A DNA stretch of 64,000 nt from Clostridia bacterium (GTDB taxonomy: Bacteria > Bacillota > Clostridia > Oscillospirales > CAG-272). How positions within the stretch are numbered: the stretch's first letter is position 1; each line of letters opens with the position of its first letter. The notes beneath the pieces are model-generated. The model was given only the letters and a program-made list of their open reading frames with translations, did not search any database and was not told the DNA's origin. The DNA lies in NCBI GenBank assembly GCA_017464565.1, contig JAFTZH010000008.1, positions 441 to 64,440 on the forward strand. The letters run 5' to 3'. The position numbers were made by a program, and so were the translations under genes. Below are positions 27,193-37,313 of this stretch, in pieces.

Positions 27193-27282
27193 AACTATTT
27201 TATCCCCCTTTGAGTAGTTGTATATTATAATATATTCAAATCAAAAGAGAAATTCAAAGGTCTTTTTATAGCTTTTCAAGCC

Positions 27283-28776
27283 TTAAAGCAGAGAGTGCTC
27301 GGTATAAAATTTTATTGCCGCCTCTCTGAAATCGGAGCTTCTGTCCTCCTTCAGATACTCGTACGGATATTTCTGATTAAAAAGGCGCTCTATTGATTTT
27401 CCGCCTATCTTATTTCCCGTATTGTCAACGAGCTTCGTAACCGCTCCCGCTCCCGCGGCGAATATGGAATGAAGCTCCTCCATCATATAGATATTATACA
27501 AGCCCTCGTGTCCTTCAAGAGAAAAGCCCACGTTTTCGTAGTTTCCCACGGTATTTTTCTGTCTATACATATAATAAGGCAAATATCCGTTGTGAATAGC
27601 CTTTATCTGCGAATAATCGACGCACTTTCCCGCGTCTCCGCCCTTTATCGAGTATATATGCGAATTGATCCTCAGCATTTCGGCGGATTTTTTGACGCAG
27701 AAGGTATGTACCGTAATATTTTCAGGTCTTAACTGAAGTATACGGTCGTACGACGAGGAAAAGACCTTGAAATTATCTCCCGGCAAGCCTGCTATAAGGT
27801 CTACGTTTACCGTTTTGATACCCGAAGCCTTTGCTATATCGTAAGCCTCGAAGAACTGTTCAACCGTATGACTGCGCCCTATTCCCGAAAGCACCTCGTC
27901 GCAAAGCGTCTGCGGGTTAACGCTGACGCGCGTAACCCCATACTCCCGCGCTATCGCGAACTTTTCTGCGGTTATAGTATCGGGGCGCCCCGATTCAAGC
28001 GTATATTCCGCAAGCGCGCTCACGTCGGTAAGAGAAGCTATCTTCGCAAGCAGTCTTTTTAACTGCTCCGCATTAAGTATAGTGGGAGTTCCCCCTCCTA
28101 TATATACCGTTTTTACGTTAAGCCCAAGCTCTTTTATCACCTTGAAATTCGCTTCTATATCGCACAGCAGTCTGTCGAGATACTGCGGTATGAGATCGAG
28201 CAGCCGCTTCGACGTATACGAAACGAACGAGCAATAGGTGCATCTGGTGGGGCAAAACGGAATAGATACGTAAACGCTGCAATCTCTCGTTCCTACGCTT
28301 CCCGATATTCTTTTCTCGTTGAGAGCCACGTCAACGGCAAGCGCCGCTTTTTTGGGAATGACGAGATAATCCGAGACCAGCGTCTTTTTCACCTTGGTCT
28401 TGCTCATTCCCATATTGAGCATCTCGGTAGCGACCTTAGAGGGACGGACGCCTATAAGCATTCCCCATGAGGGGCGGTATCCCATAAGCTCGCCGCCGAC
28501 CGCGAGTATCGCCGCGCCGACCGCTATTTTCATAGTTCTCTCCTCGGAAAAATCGGAAGAAAAAGGCGCAAAGCGCTCCGCGCTACAGCACTTGTCTCCG
28601 AGCTTTATCTCGGCATACGCTCCTATACCCTCTTCGTTTTTTTCGGTTTTCAGATAAAGAGAGGGCGTATCGGGGTTTTCGTCTTCCCGTTCCCCGAATT
28701 TTTCCCCGGGAAAGAATATCATACAGAGTGTCTGCACGTAATATTTATTCACAGGGGAATCCGTTTTTATGTTCAT
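27283..28776 (-). CDS. hemZ: Radical SAM coproporphyrinogen-dehydrogenase-like protein HemZ
   Basis: Radical SAM cluster CPTRCTYCSF. HemN-like core with an extended N-terminus. 497 aa. Confidence 0.75.
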   Translation of the reverse strand: MNIKTDSPVNKYYVQTLCMIFFPGEKFGEREDENPDTPSLYLKTEKNEEGIGAYAEIKLGDKCCSAERFAPFSSDFSEERTMKIAVGAAILAVGGELMGYRPSWGMLIGVRPSKVATEMLNMGMSKTKVKKTLVSDYLVIPKKAALAVDVALNEKRISGSVGTRDCSVYVSIPFCPTRCTYCSFVSYTSKRLLDLIPQYLDRLLCDIEANFKVIKELGLNVKTVYIGGGTPTILNAEQLKRLLAKIASLTDVSALAEYTLESGRPDTITAEKFAIAREYGVTRVSVNPQTLCDEVLSGIGRSHTVEQFFEAYDIAKASGIKTVNVDLIAGLPGDNFKVFSSSYDRILQLRPENITVHTFCVKKSAEMLRINSHIYSIKGGDAGKCVDYSQIKAIHNGYLPYYMYRQKNTVGNYENVGFSLEGHEGLYNIYMMEELHSIFAAGAGAVTKLVDNTGNKIGGKSIERLFNQKYPYEYLKEDRSSDFREAAIKFYTEHSLL

Positions 28777-28826
28777 TATGAACCTCCGCTTTGTTTTTTT
28801 GACGGCATACCTCTGCCGACGCGGTA

Positions 28827-29285
28827 TTATTTTTTGACGGAAAGCTCTCGGCTGTCCATTACTACGGTAACCGGACCGTCGGCGGATATCTCTATCTCCA
28901 TATGCTCACCGAACGCGCCCGTTCCCACCTTATTCAATTCCCTCTCGACGAGAGAGACGAAATATCCGTACAGCTCGTTTGCCGTATCGGGTTTTGCCGC
29001 TCCCATATAGTCGGGGCGGTTTCCTTTTTTATAATTCGCAAGCAGAGTAAAATTCGACACCACCAGCGCCTCTCCGCCGATATCCTTTACCGAAAGATTC
29101 ATTTTATCCTCTCCGTCGGAAAATATCCGCAGATTTACCGCCTTTCGCGCGAGAGCCTCCGCGTCGGCGCGGGTATCTCCGTCCGCGACGCCGAGAAGCA
29201 TCATCAGCCCCTTCCCGCATTCTCCGCAGACCTCACCGCCGACGCTTACCGAAGCGCGCCGAACACGCTGTATAACAAGCTTCAT
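28827..29285 (-). CDS. dtd: D-aminoacyl-tRNA deacylase
   Basis: MKLVIQRVRRASVSV...SNFTL. 152 aa. Position immediately downstream of relA is conserved. Confidence 0.9.
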   Translation of the reverse strand: MKLVIQRVRRASVSVGGEVCGECGKGLMMLLGVADGDTRADAEALARKAVNLRIFSDGEDKMNLSVKDIGGEALVVSNFTLLANYKKGNRPDYMGAAKPDTANELYGYFVSLVERELNKVGTGAFGEHMEIEISADGPVTVVMDSRELSVKK

Positions 29286-29294
29286 ACGTCCTCC

Positions 29295-31514
29295 TTACGA
29301 AAATCCGCGCGTTACGTCTATAATACCGTCAAGTGATTTCAGACGCGCGACTATCGAATGATAATGAGATACGTTTTTACAGCTTATCTTAAGGTTTATA
29401 GTGGAACGATCCGCCTGATTTTTAACCGTATTTATCTGAAGTATAAACACTCTCATCTCCGAGAGGGCTACCGTTATATCCGCGATTATTCCGATGCGGT
29501 CGAATACGTGAATCTTGAGCTGTGCCTCGTAAAGATCGGTTGAGGATTCCTCCTCATTCTCCCAATGCGCCTCTACCCATCTGTCGCGGTTCTCGCCGTT
29601 AGCCATTCCCATTATAACGTTGGGGCAGTCTGACTTGTGTATAGATATTCCGTAGCCCTTGGTAATAAAGCCTATAACGTCGTCCCCCGGCAAGGGATTG
29701 CAGCATCGCGCGAACTTAACGAGACAGCCGTCCGCTCCGTCAACGACTATACCGCTGTTCGATTTGATATTCTTCGGTTTGACGGTCTTGACGCTCTCCG
29801 CGGTAATGTCAGATTTGGACACCTCCGGTTCGGAGAGCTTTATAAGCCTGTCAAATTCATCCTTGAGCTTGAGTGCGACCTTTGAAAGCGCTATTCCGCC
29901 GTATCCGAGAGTGTTGTAGAAATCGTCCGCGCTCATAAAGCCAACACGCTGTCCTACTGTGGTAACTACCTCGTTTCTCTGCGACTCGGTGAAAGCTCTT
30001 CCGTATTTTTTCAGCTCCGAGTCTACCATATTTTTTCCGGCTATAATATTTTCCGCGCGCTTTTCCTTTTTGAACCATCCGCGTATCTTGGTTCTCGCCT
30101 CGCTGGTCTTTACTATATTCAGCCAATCGCGGCTTGGTCCTTTTGAGGCGGCAGATGTAAGTATCTCGACTATCTCTCCGTTCTGCGGCACCCTGTCGAT
30201 AGGAACTATCATTCCGTTTATCTTCGCTCCGACCATCGTGTTTCCGACACCCGAATGTATAGCGTAAGCAAAATCTATAACGGTAGCTCCCTGCGGTAAA
30301 GCGATTACGTCCCCGCGGGGAGTAAATACGAAGGTCTCGTCGTGAAAGATATCGGTTTTCAGCGCGTTCATAAACTCGTCGGGGTCTCTCGCGGCGTCCT
30401 CGGTTTCGATAAGACGGGCTATCCACTCGAGCTTCTTGTCCATTTCCTCCTTCGAGCGCTCTCCCGACTTGTATTTCCAATGCGCCGCCACTCCGTACTC
30501 GGCAATATGATGCATCTCCTTCGTTCTTATCTGAACCTCAAAAGGAATACCCTCTCTGCCTATTACGGTAGTGTGAAGCGAACGGTACATATTCGGCTTC
30601 GGCGTTGAAATATAGTCCTTGAATCTTCCGGGGATAGATTTGAACATCTCGTGTATGAGACCGAGAGAGGTATAGCACTCAAGCTCGGTATCGACTATTA
30701 TTCTCAACGCGTAAAAATCGTATATCTCGTCGAAGCTCTTATTCTGATTATACATTTTTCGGTATATACTGTATACCGATTTTATACGTCCTTCAAGCGT
30801 AAAATTGATATTATTCTCGGTAAGCTTCGCGTTTACCGAGCTTCTTACGTGCTCGATAAACCCGACGTTCTCTCCGTATTTTTCCTCGATATAGCTTTCT
30901 ATCTCCGCGTATCCTATCGGGTCGAGATACGAAAGTCCGAGATTTTCAAGCTCCTGCTTTATTTTCTGCATACCGAGCCTGTGTGCGAGAGGGGCGTAGA
31001 CCTGCATAGTTTCAAGCGCGGTTATTCTCCTTTTCGCGTCGGGCTTTACCGAGAGAGTACGCATATTATGAAGCCTGTCGCAAAGCTTTATGAAGATAAC
31101 CCTTACGTCCTTTGACATAGCGAGAAGCATTTTTCTGATATTTTCGATATGCGCTTCTTCCTTGTCCTCAACGTTTATCTGCACGAGCTTCGTAAGTCCG
31201 TCAACCAGCATAGCGACGGTCTTTCCAAACTTCGTCTCTATCTCCTTAAGATTGGTCTTTTCCGAGCAATCCTCCACGGTATCGTGAAGCAAAGCCGCGC
31301 AGATAGAATCGGTATCAAGCTCAAGCCCCGCGACTATCTCCGCCACCGCCACGGGATGAGAGATATACGGCTCGCCGCTTACTCTGAACTGTCCCTCGTG
31401 AAGCGCGTTCGCGTATTCGTAAGCGCGTTTTATCATATCGATATCGTATTTTTTGCCCGTTGCGGATAATATATCCAAAAGTCTCTTTATATCCGTACTT
31501 GCTTCAGTTGACAT
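29295..31514 (-). CDS. relA: Bifunctional (p)ppGpp synthetase/hydrolase RelA/SpoT
   Basis: HD domain (HPVAVA...LHDTVED), synthetase domain (YRSLHTTV), TGS and ACT regions. 739 aa. Confidence 0.95.
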   Translation of the reverse strand: MSTEASTDIKRLLDILSATGKKYDIDMIKRAYEYANALHEGQFRVSGEPYISHPVAVAEIVAGLELDTDSICAALLHDTVEDCSEKTNLKEIETKFGKTVAMLVDGLTKLVQINVEDKEEAHIENIRKMLLAMSKDVRVIFIKLCDRLHNMRTLSVKPDAKRRITALETMQVYAPLAHRLGMQKIKQELENLGLSYLDPIGYAEIESYIEEKYGENVGFIEHVRSSVNAKLTENNINFTLEGRIKSVYSIYRKMYNQNKSFDEIYDFYALRIIVDTELECYTSLGLIHEMFKSIPGRFKDYISTPKPNMYRSLHTTVIGREGIPFEVQIRTKEMHHIAEYGVAAHWKYKSGERSKEEMDKKLEWIARLIETEDAARDPDEFMNALKTDIFHDETFVFTPRGDVIALPQGATVIDFAYAIHSGVGNTMVGAKINGMIVPIDRVPQNGEIVEILTSAASKGPSRDWLNIVKTSEARTKIRGWFKKEKRAENIIAGKNMVDSELKKYGRAFTESQRNEVVTTVGQRVGFMSADDFYNTLGYGGIALSKVALKLKDEFDRLIKLSEPEVSKSDITAESVKTVKPKNIKSNSGIVVDGADGCLVKFARCCNPLPGDDVIGFITKGYGISIHKSDCPNVIMGMANGENRDRWVEAHWENEEESSTDLYEAQLKIHVFDRIGIIADITVALSEMRVFILQINTVKNQADRSTINLKISCKNVSHYHSIVARLKSLDGIIDVTRGFS

Positions 31515-31545
31515 ATAATTTCCTTTCGCTCAAAGCAAACAGAAC

Positions 31546-33750
31546 CTATCTTGCCCTATCGTAACACTTGCTTTTAAGCTTTTTCAAAATTGAAGATTTA
31601 TCTATACTCGTTTTAGTAGCGTTGAAAAATATTTCAAACTTGAAGATATCCTTATCTATTTCCTCAACGCCGCATATCCTCAGCTCGTTCATTATTCTGA
31701 GAATATATTTGAGCTTTATGTAATTTATCTGAGGTCTGTCGTAAGAGTTTACCAGCTTTATGAGCGTCTTATCGTCGAGAACGTTGGTCCCCGCCCTAAA
31801 CTCGTGCCTGAGGACGGTATAGACCGCGGCGAAATCGTCTCTCGTGGGAATTACGTTTTCCTCCTCGGAATATCCGTCTCCCGCGCATATCTCCTCGTAT
31901 CTCTTTTTGGAGTCGCTTATGACCTTTACATAACGCTCCGAAAGTCTCGCGTCCTGGATAAGCATCTGAACCGACCTTAAATTTTTATAATCGTTGATAT
32001 CGAGATTAAAAAGAAGGTCTATCTTATCTCCCGACTCAAAGCCAAGCTCCGACGCGGATATTCCGAAATACATTCCGCAGACCGAAATTCCGTCTTTTTC
32101 AAGTATGAGCTTCGTGTGCTTTCCTCCGCCGAGCTGCATCACTCTCTGAACCGTAACGTCTCTCATCGAGAAAAGAGGCGTCGGCGTACCCACGCCGAAC
32201 GGCTCAAGCCTTTGTATCTCCTCGGCAAGAGAGAGGGTTACGCGGGACATATCAAGCTCGCAGTCCGCGTCTATCTTTATCTTAAAAAGCTCGTCGCAGA
32301 GCTTTTCTTTAGCGTATTCGTTTATTTTTTTTCTGAACTCGTCAACGCGTCCGCGCTTCACGGTAAGTCCCGCCGCAAGCTCGTGTCCGCCGTATTTTTC
32401 AAGTGTGTCCCCGCAGAAGTCAAGCGCCTCGACGAGATTCATTCCCTTTATGCTTCGTCCCGAGCCTTTTCCGTTATCGCCGTCCGATGCCTCGCCCTCA
32501 AACGCGCCCCTGAAGGATATAAGTATCGACGGAAGCCCGTATCTCTCGGTTATCCTCGACGATACGATACCGATTATTCCCTGCTGCCAATTATCGTTTT
32601 CCAAAACTATGACCGAGGAATTTCTTATTTCGGGGTAGTTTTCTATCATATCGTAAGCCTCTTCGGCTATTTTATTTTCCTCTATCTGTCTCTGTCTGTT
32701 TATCTCGCAAAGCTCCGCCGCGTACTTCTCCGCCTTCTTTTTATCCTTTTCAAGCAAAAGATTTACCGCGATTATCGAATCGCTTATTCTTCCCGCCGCG
32801 TTTATTCTCGGAGCTGTGCCAAAGCCTATAAAGCCAGCCGATATTTTCCGCTTCCTCGGCGCGCTCTTCGAGTCCCTCGATGACGGGCTTGAAGCCTCTA
32901 TAAGCGCCGCAAGTCCCGCTCTTTCGGTATTTTCAAGGAGCTTGAGTCCCATACTTACTATAAGTCTGTTTTCGTCAACGAGCGGCATTACGTCGGCTAT
33001 CGTGCCTATCGCCGCGAGGTCGGAATATTTTTTGCATATTCTGCCAACGCCTTCGATAACAGCCTCGCCGCGAGTTCTGCAAAGCGTCATTTCGTAAGCG
33101 CATACGAGTTTGAACACCACTCCCACTCCAGCAAGGTCGCAGAAGGGATATTTACTTCCGTGTCTGTGCGGGTTTACAACGGCGCACGCCTCGGGAAGCT
33201 CGGGGCGGCACTCGTGGTGGTCGGTAACTACGACGTCTATTCCCAAAGACGCCGCGTAAAGTATCTCATCGTTAGCCGTAATACCCGTATCCACAGTAAC
33301 TATAAGGGTTACGCCCGCTTCTGCGAGAACGTCGATAGCGGGAGCCGACATTCCGTAGCCCTCGCAGTCTCTTCTCGGTATTTTTATCGTAACGTCGGCT
33401 CCAAGCTCGGTAAGATAAAGGTAGAGCATACTTACCGACGTAACTCCGTCAACGGCGTAATCCCCGTATATACATATTTTCTCCCCCTTATCCACAGCCG
33501 CGGATATTCTGCGCACAGCGGACTCCATATCGTCGAGAAGAAAGGGATCGTAAAAATCATCAGTCTCAAATCTTAAAAATCTGTTTGCCTCGTCAGGAGT
33601 CTTATAGCCTCGGTTATAAAGAAGGACGGCAAATATCTCCGATACTCCGAGCTCCGCCGCGATATTCCTTATCTCCGCGTCGGTCTGCACGTTACCGAAT
33701 ACGTATTTTTCAGACCATATCTTTTCTTTTTTTATACTGTTCATATTCAC
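31546..33750 (-). CDS. recJ: Single-stranded-DNA-specific exonuclease RecJ
   Basis: DHH motifs (IYGDYAVDG, VVTDHHE) and DHHA1 (GGHELAAG). 734 aa. Confidence 0.9.
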   Translation of the reverse strand: MNMNSIKKEKIWSEKYVFGNVQTDAEIRNIAAELGVSEIFAVLLYNRGYKTPDEANRFLRFETDDFYDPFLLDDMESAVRRISAAVDKGEKICIYGDYAVDGVTSVSMLYLYLTELGADVTIKIPRRDCEGYGMSAPAIDVLAEAGVTLIVTVDTGITANDEILYAASLGIDVVVTDHHECRPELPEACAVVNPHRHGSKYPFCDLAGVGVVFKLVCAYEMTLCRTRGEAVIEGVGRICKKYSDLAAIGTIADVMPLVDENRLIVSMGLKLLENTERAGLAALIEASSPSSRDSKSAPRKRKISAGFIGFGTAPRINAAGRISDSIIAVNLLLEKDKKKAEKYAAELCEINRQRQIEENKIAEEAYDMIENYPEIRNSSVIVLENDNWQQGIIGIVSSRITERYGLPSILISFRGAFEGEASDGDNGKGSGRSIKGMNLVEALDFCGDTLEKYGGHELAAGLTVKRGRVDEFRKKINEYAKEKLCDELFKIKIDADCELDMSRVTLSLAEEIQRLEPFGVGTPTPLFSMRDVTVQRVMQLGGGKHTKLILEKDGISVCGMYFGISASELGFESGDKIDLLFNLDINDYKNLRSVQMLIQDARLSERYVKVISDSKKRYEEICAGDGYSEEENVIPTRDDFAAVYTVLRHEFRAGTNVLDDKTLIKLVNSYDRPQINYIKLKYILRIMNELRICGVEEIDKDIFKFEIFFNATKTSIDKSSILKKLKSKCYDRAR

Positions 33751-33783
33751 GCCTTTCTTTATATTTTTTCGGATAGCCGAGAT

Positions 33784-35421
33784 TTACTGCGGCGGAGAGT
33801 ATCTTTTCATCAGTGCTATCGCCGAACGTAAGCCGTCAACGGCAGAGCTGGTTATTCCCCCCGCGTATCCCGCGCCCTCTCCGCAAGGGTAGACGAGACT
33901 GTGTCCGACCGCAGTATAATCTTCGGTGCGAAGTATTCTTACCGGAGCCGAGGTACGGGTCTCAACCCCCGTTATCACGGCGTCTGATACGGCAAAGCCC
34001 GCAAGCTTTCTGTCAAACGAGGCAAATCCGCGGATAAGTCCTCGGGTTATATAATCGGGAAACAGCTTATCCACGCGGGCAAGCCTTACCCTGCCGTCTC
34101 TGTACGTCGGCATTATCCTCGACGGCTCGCTCACCGACCTGCCGAGCATAAAATCTCCGAGCGTCTGTACGGGAGCGCAGAAATCCGCGCCTCCCGCCTC
34201 AAAAGCGAGTTTTTCTATATTTCTCTGAAAGGCAATTGCCTCCATCGGAGTCGCGCCGTAGTCCTCACGTCTTACCGAAACGGCGACCGCCGAGTTTGAA
34301 TTTGCTCCGTCTCTCGCGTAATTGCTCATTCCGTTGACGACGACACCGCCGTCCTCCGACGCCCCCGCGACTATCTCGCCTCCGGGACACATACAAAAGG
34401 TATAAACGCCTCTCTCGCCCGAAGTATCCGAAAGATGATATTCTCCCGCTCCGAGCTTTTTATGTCCCGCGTATTCTCCGTAAAGCGCGGTGTCTATATC
34501 CTGCCTCAGATGCTCCACTCTCACCCCCACCGAAAAATCCTTCGCGGCAACGGCGTATCCCTTGGAAATAAGCATCTCGTAAGTATCTCTCGCGCTGTGT
34601 CCGACCGCCAGAACGACCGTCGAGCACTCTATATCTCCTCTGCTCGTAACCGCCGTTACGGTATTATCCTTATTTTCCTTTATATCGTCAAGCCTGCACC
34701 TGTATATAACCTTACCGCCAAGCTCCTCGACGCGGGCGAGCAGTCTCTCAACCACGCCCCTCAGCATATCGGTTCCTATATGCGGCTTTGCCGCGGTAAG
34801 TATCTCGCTCGGCGCTCCAAACTCACAAAAACGCTTCAGAACGTAAGATATCCGCGCGTCGTTTATGCGGGTCATAAGCTTTCCGTCGGAAAAGGTTCCC
34901 GCTCCTCCCGCGCCGAACTGCACGTTCGATTCGCGGTCAAGCTCTCCCGTCTCGATAAAGCGTCGGTTAACAGCGCATCTTTTCTCAACGCAGTCCCCTC
35001 TGTCTATAACGATAGGTCTGTATCCGTTCTCGGCAAGAATCAACGCCGCAAACATTCCCGCGGGTCCCATACCTACGACGAGCGGAGGGCAGCTCGCTTT
35101 TTCTTTTCCCGGCTCGACCTCTATATCTCCGTCGTATATTCTCTTTATGCCGTGTTTTTCAAGCTTGCTCTCGGAGATTCCAAGCTCGGTATCAGAGTAT
35201 GCCGCGACCGAATAAACGAGCTTTATATCGCTTTTCTTTCTCGCGTCCACGCTCTTTTTATATATACGAAAACGAAGCCGTGCAGGGTTTATCCCTGCAC
35301 GCTTCATTTCAGATGCCGCTATTTTCAAAGCGTCCGCTTCCTCGTCGCAAAGAGACAGTTTTATACCCGAGACGAGAAAAGCGTCAGCGTACTTCTCCGA
35401 ATTACTCATCTGTTTCTTCAA
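33784..35421 (-). CDS. FAD-dependent oxidoreductase (COG2509-type uncharacterised dehydrogenase)
   Basis: Dinucleotide-binding motif VVGMGPAGMFAALILAENG. 545 aa. Overlaps the upstream YbbR gene by 20 nt. Confidence 0.7.
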   Translation of the reverse strand: MKKQMSNSEKYADAFLVSGIKLSLCDEEADALKIAASEMKRAGINPARLRFRIYKKSVDARKKSDIKLVYSVAAYSDTELGISESKLEKHGIKRIYDGDIEVEPGKEKASCPPLVVGMGPAGMFAALILAENGYRPIVIDRGDCVEKRCAVNRRFIETGELDRESNVQFGAGGAGTFSDGKLMTRINDARISYVLKRFCEFGAPSEILTAAKPHIGTDMLRGVVERLLARVEELGGKVIYRCRLDDIKENKDNTVTAVTSRGDIECSTVVLAVGHSARDTYEMLISKGYAVAAKDFSVGVRVEHLRQDIDTALYGEYAGHKKLGAGEYHLSDTSGERGVYTFCMCPGGEIVAGASEDGGVVVNGMSNYARDGANSNSAVAVSVRREDYGATPMEAIAFQRNIEKLAFEAGGADFCAPVQTLGDFMLGRSVSEPSRIMPTYRDGRVRLARVDKLFPDYITRGLIRGFASFDRKLAGFAVSDAVITGVETRTSAPVRILRTEDYTAVGHSLVYPCGEGAGYAGGITSSAVDGLRSAIALMKRYSPPQ

Positions 35422-36127
35422 CCTTCACGGTAATACTGTCCTTATCAAAAGTCATATAAAGCGACGAAAGCTGTTTATCCTTGTCGTCGTAAAGTCTTAT
35501 ATCCGACGAGGGAATAAGGGTTCCCGCAGAATAAGAATCGTAATAAGGAACGGCTACCTTTGCCGACGATATCTTCTCAAGATAAGCGCGCGGACCCGTT
35601 ATAGTGAGCGAGCTTGTATCCGAAGAAAACAACGCCGTGGCGCTGTCGGGCGAAAAAGGCTCTATAGCAACCGTTTTCGTATCGAGATAATCGGCGTAAA
35701 CGGTAAACGTCTTGGGCTCTATCGCGATAACGCTGACCGCAGTGGTAGGCGTCTCAATAGCTATACTTACGGGAACCGAACCCTTTTCGGTAATAACAGA
35801 AACGTCAATATACGCTCGAAAATCCTTCTCGCTGTATTTCTGAACGTCGGATTTTTTACCCTGAATAGTAACGCTCGCCGTTCTCTCGGGCAAGCCGAAA
35901 ACCGAGAGTCCCTGCTCACTCAAAAGCTCGCTCTCGTTGATTACCTCAATAGCTATACTGAAAGTCTTGGTATAGTTGCTGTTTTGAGTGTTCATAACGT
36001 ATATCCATATAAAAAACGAAGCTACGAAGCACAGGATAAACGCGAACAGATTCAGTTTTTTATTTTTCTTCACGACGTAAGAGCCGTCGCCGCCTGCTAT
36101 CTCTTTTTCAGATTTATCTTTTTTCAT
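35402..36127 (-). CDS. cdaR: YbbR-domain protein (CdaR-like regulator of diadenylate cyclase)
   Basis: N-terminal TM and beta-rich YbbR-like repeats. Lies immediately downstream of cdaA. Confidence 0.7.
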   Translation of the reverse strand: MKKDKSEKEIAGGDGSYVVKKNKKLNLFAFILCFVASFFIWIYVMNTQNSNYTKTFSIAIEVINESELLSEQGLSVFGLPERTASVTIQGKKSDVQKYSEKDFRAYIDVSVITEKGSVPVSIAIETPTTAVSVIAIEPKTFTVYADYLDTKTVAIEPFSPDSATALFSSDTSSLTITGPRAYLEKISSAKVAVPYYDSYSAGTLIPSSDIRLYDDKDKQLSSLYMTFDKDSITVKVEETDE

Positions 36128-36178
36128 AATATCTCCGTTTTACCAAAAATAAGAATATTTGCCGAGCGCCGCCAAGCG

Positions 36179-37045
36179 TTATTTTTGTTCCTTGCGGTGG
36201 TGCTTTTTTGAAAGTTCAATTGGAGCCTGCGCAGCAAGTATTGAATTGAGCTCCTGCTTAAGAGTATTATAATTGTAATTTCTCTTGAGATTTCCGTTGA
36301 CCGACAGCGATATAACCCCCGTTTCCTCCGACACGACTATAACGAGAGCGTCGCTTATCTCGGTAAGACCTATCGCCGCTCTGTGCCTCGTTCCGAGGTC
36401 CTTGTCTATATCGTAATTCGTAGACATAGGAAGGAAACAGCCCGCCGCGTGAACTCTGTTGTCTCTGATTATCACGGCGCCGTCGTGAAGCGGAGCCTTG
36501 TTGAAGAATATATTTCTCAAAATATAAGGGGATATGACCGAATCCACGATTACTCCCGATTTTATATATTCTCCAAGTCTCGTCGTCCGCTCTATTACGA
36601 TAAGTGCGCCAACCTTTTCTCTTGAAAGATCGCTCGCCGCGCTGCATATACTGTCTATCTCGGCGTTGAGCGTAGCCATATCTCCCGACTCGGAGGTGAT
36701 ATTTTTAAGGCTTGAAAACGGCGTTCCGCCGACCTTTTCGAGCGCCGCTCTCATTTCGGGCTGGAAAACTATCATAATAGCTATAACACCGACCTGGAAG
36801 AAGTTATCGAAAAGATACTTCAGCGCATACATATTGAGCGCGGAGCTGAGGAAGAAAAGCCCGAAAATAAGTATAAGTCCGAGCGCAAGCTTGCCTGCGC
36901 GTCTGTCACGTATAAAGGTATAGACGTAATATAAAATAAGCGCGAGTATAAGGATATCGAGAACATCCGTAATACGTATAGTCTTTACGGTCTCAACGAT
37001 ATATTCCTGAAAAAATTTTACGATATAATTCAAAAATTCACGCAT
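36179..37045 (-). CDS. cdaA: Diadenylate cyclase CdaA
   Basis: Three N-terminal TM helices. DAC domain motifs DGAVII and GTRHRAAIG. Confidence 0.9.
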   Translation of the reverse strand: MREFLNYIVKFFQEYIVETVKTIRITDVLDILILALILYYVYTFIRDRRAGKLALGLILIFGLFFLSSALNMYALKYLFDNFFQVGVIAIMIVFQPEMRAALEKVGGTPFSSLKNITSESGDMATLNAEIDSICSAASDLSREKVGALIVIERTTRLGEYIKSGVIVDSVISPYILRNIFFNKAPLHDGAVIIRDNRVHAAGCFLPMSTNYDIDKDLGTRHRAAIGLTEISDALVIVVSEETGVISLSVNGNLKRNYNYNTLKQELNSILAAQAPIELSKKHHRKEQK

Positions 37046-37313
37046 CTTCTTCCCTTTCTAAAATCTGTATTTCCGCGTTTGCCCCGCAAAAAGCAAAATT
37101 TCTCATACTACGATTCTATTATAGCACACTGTGCCGAGTATTTCAAGTTTTTTTGATTTATTCCCAATATTTTTTCACGTTTTTCTAAAAAAATCAAATT
37201 TATGGTTTTTTTCACCAAAATCAAATTAACCTCTTTACAAATCACCGTTCGATATGTTATAATAAACTTAATTTTTTAACCTTTTTATAACAAACTTTGA
37301 AGGGAGCATTACG

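Noticed and set aside
34435-35433. A 332-aa plus-strand ORF.
   Set aside because: It is antisense to the FAD-dependent oxidoreductase gene and looks like a shadow ORF.
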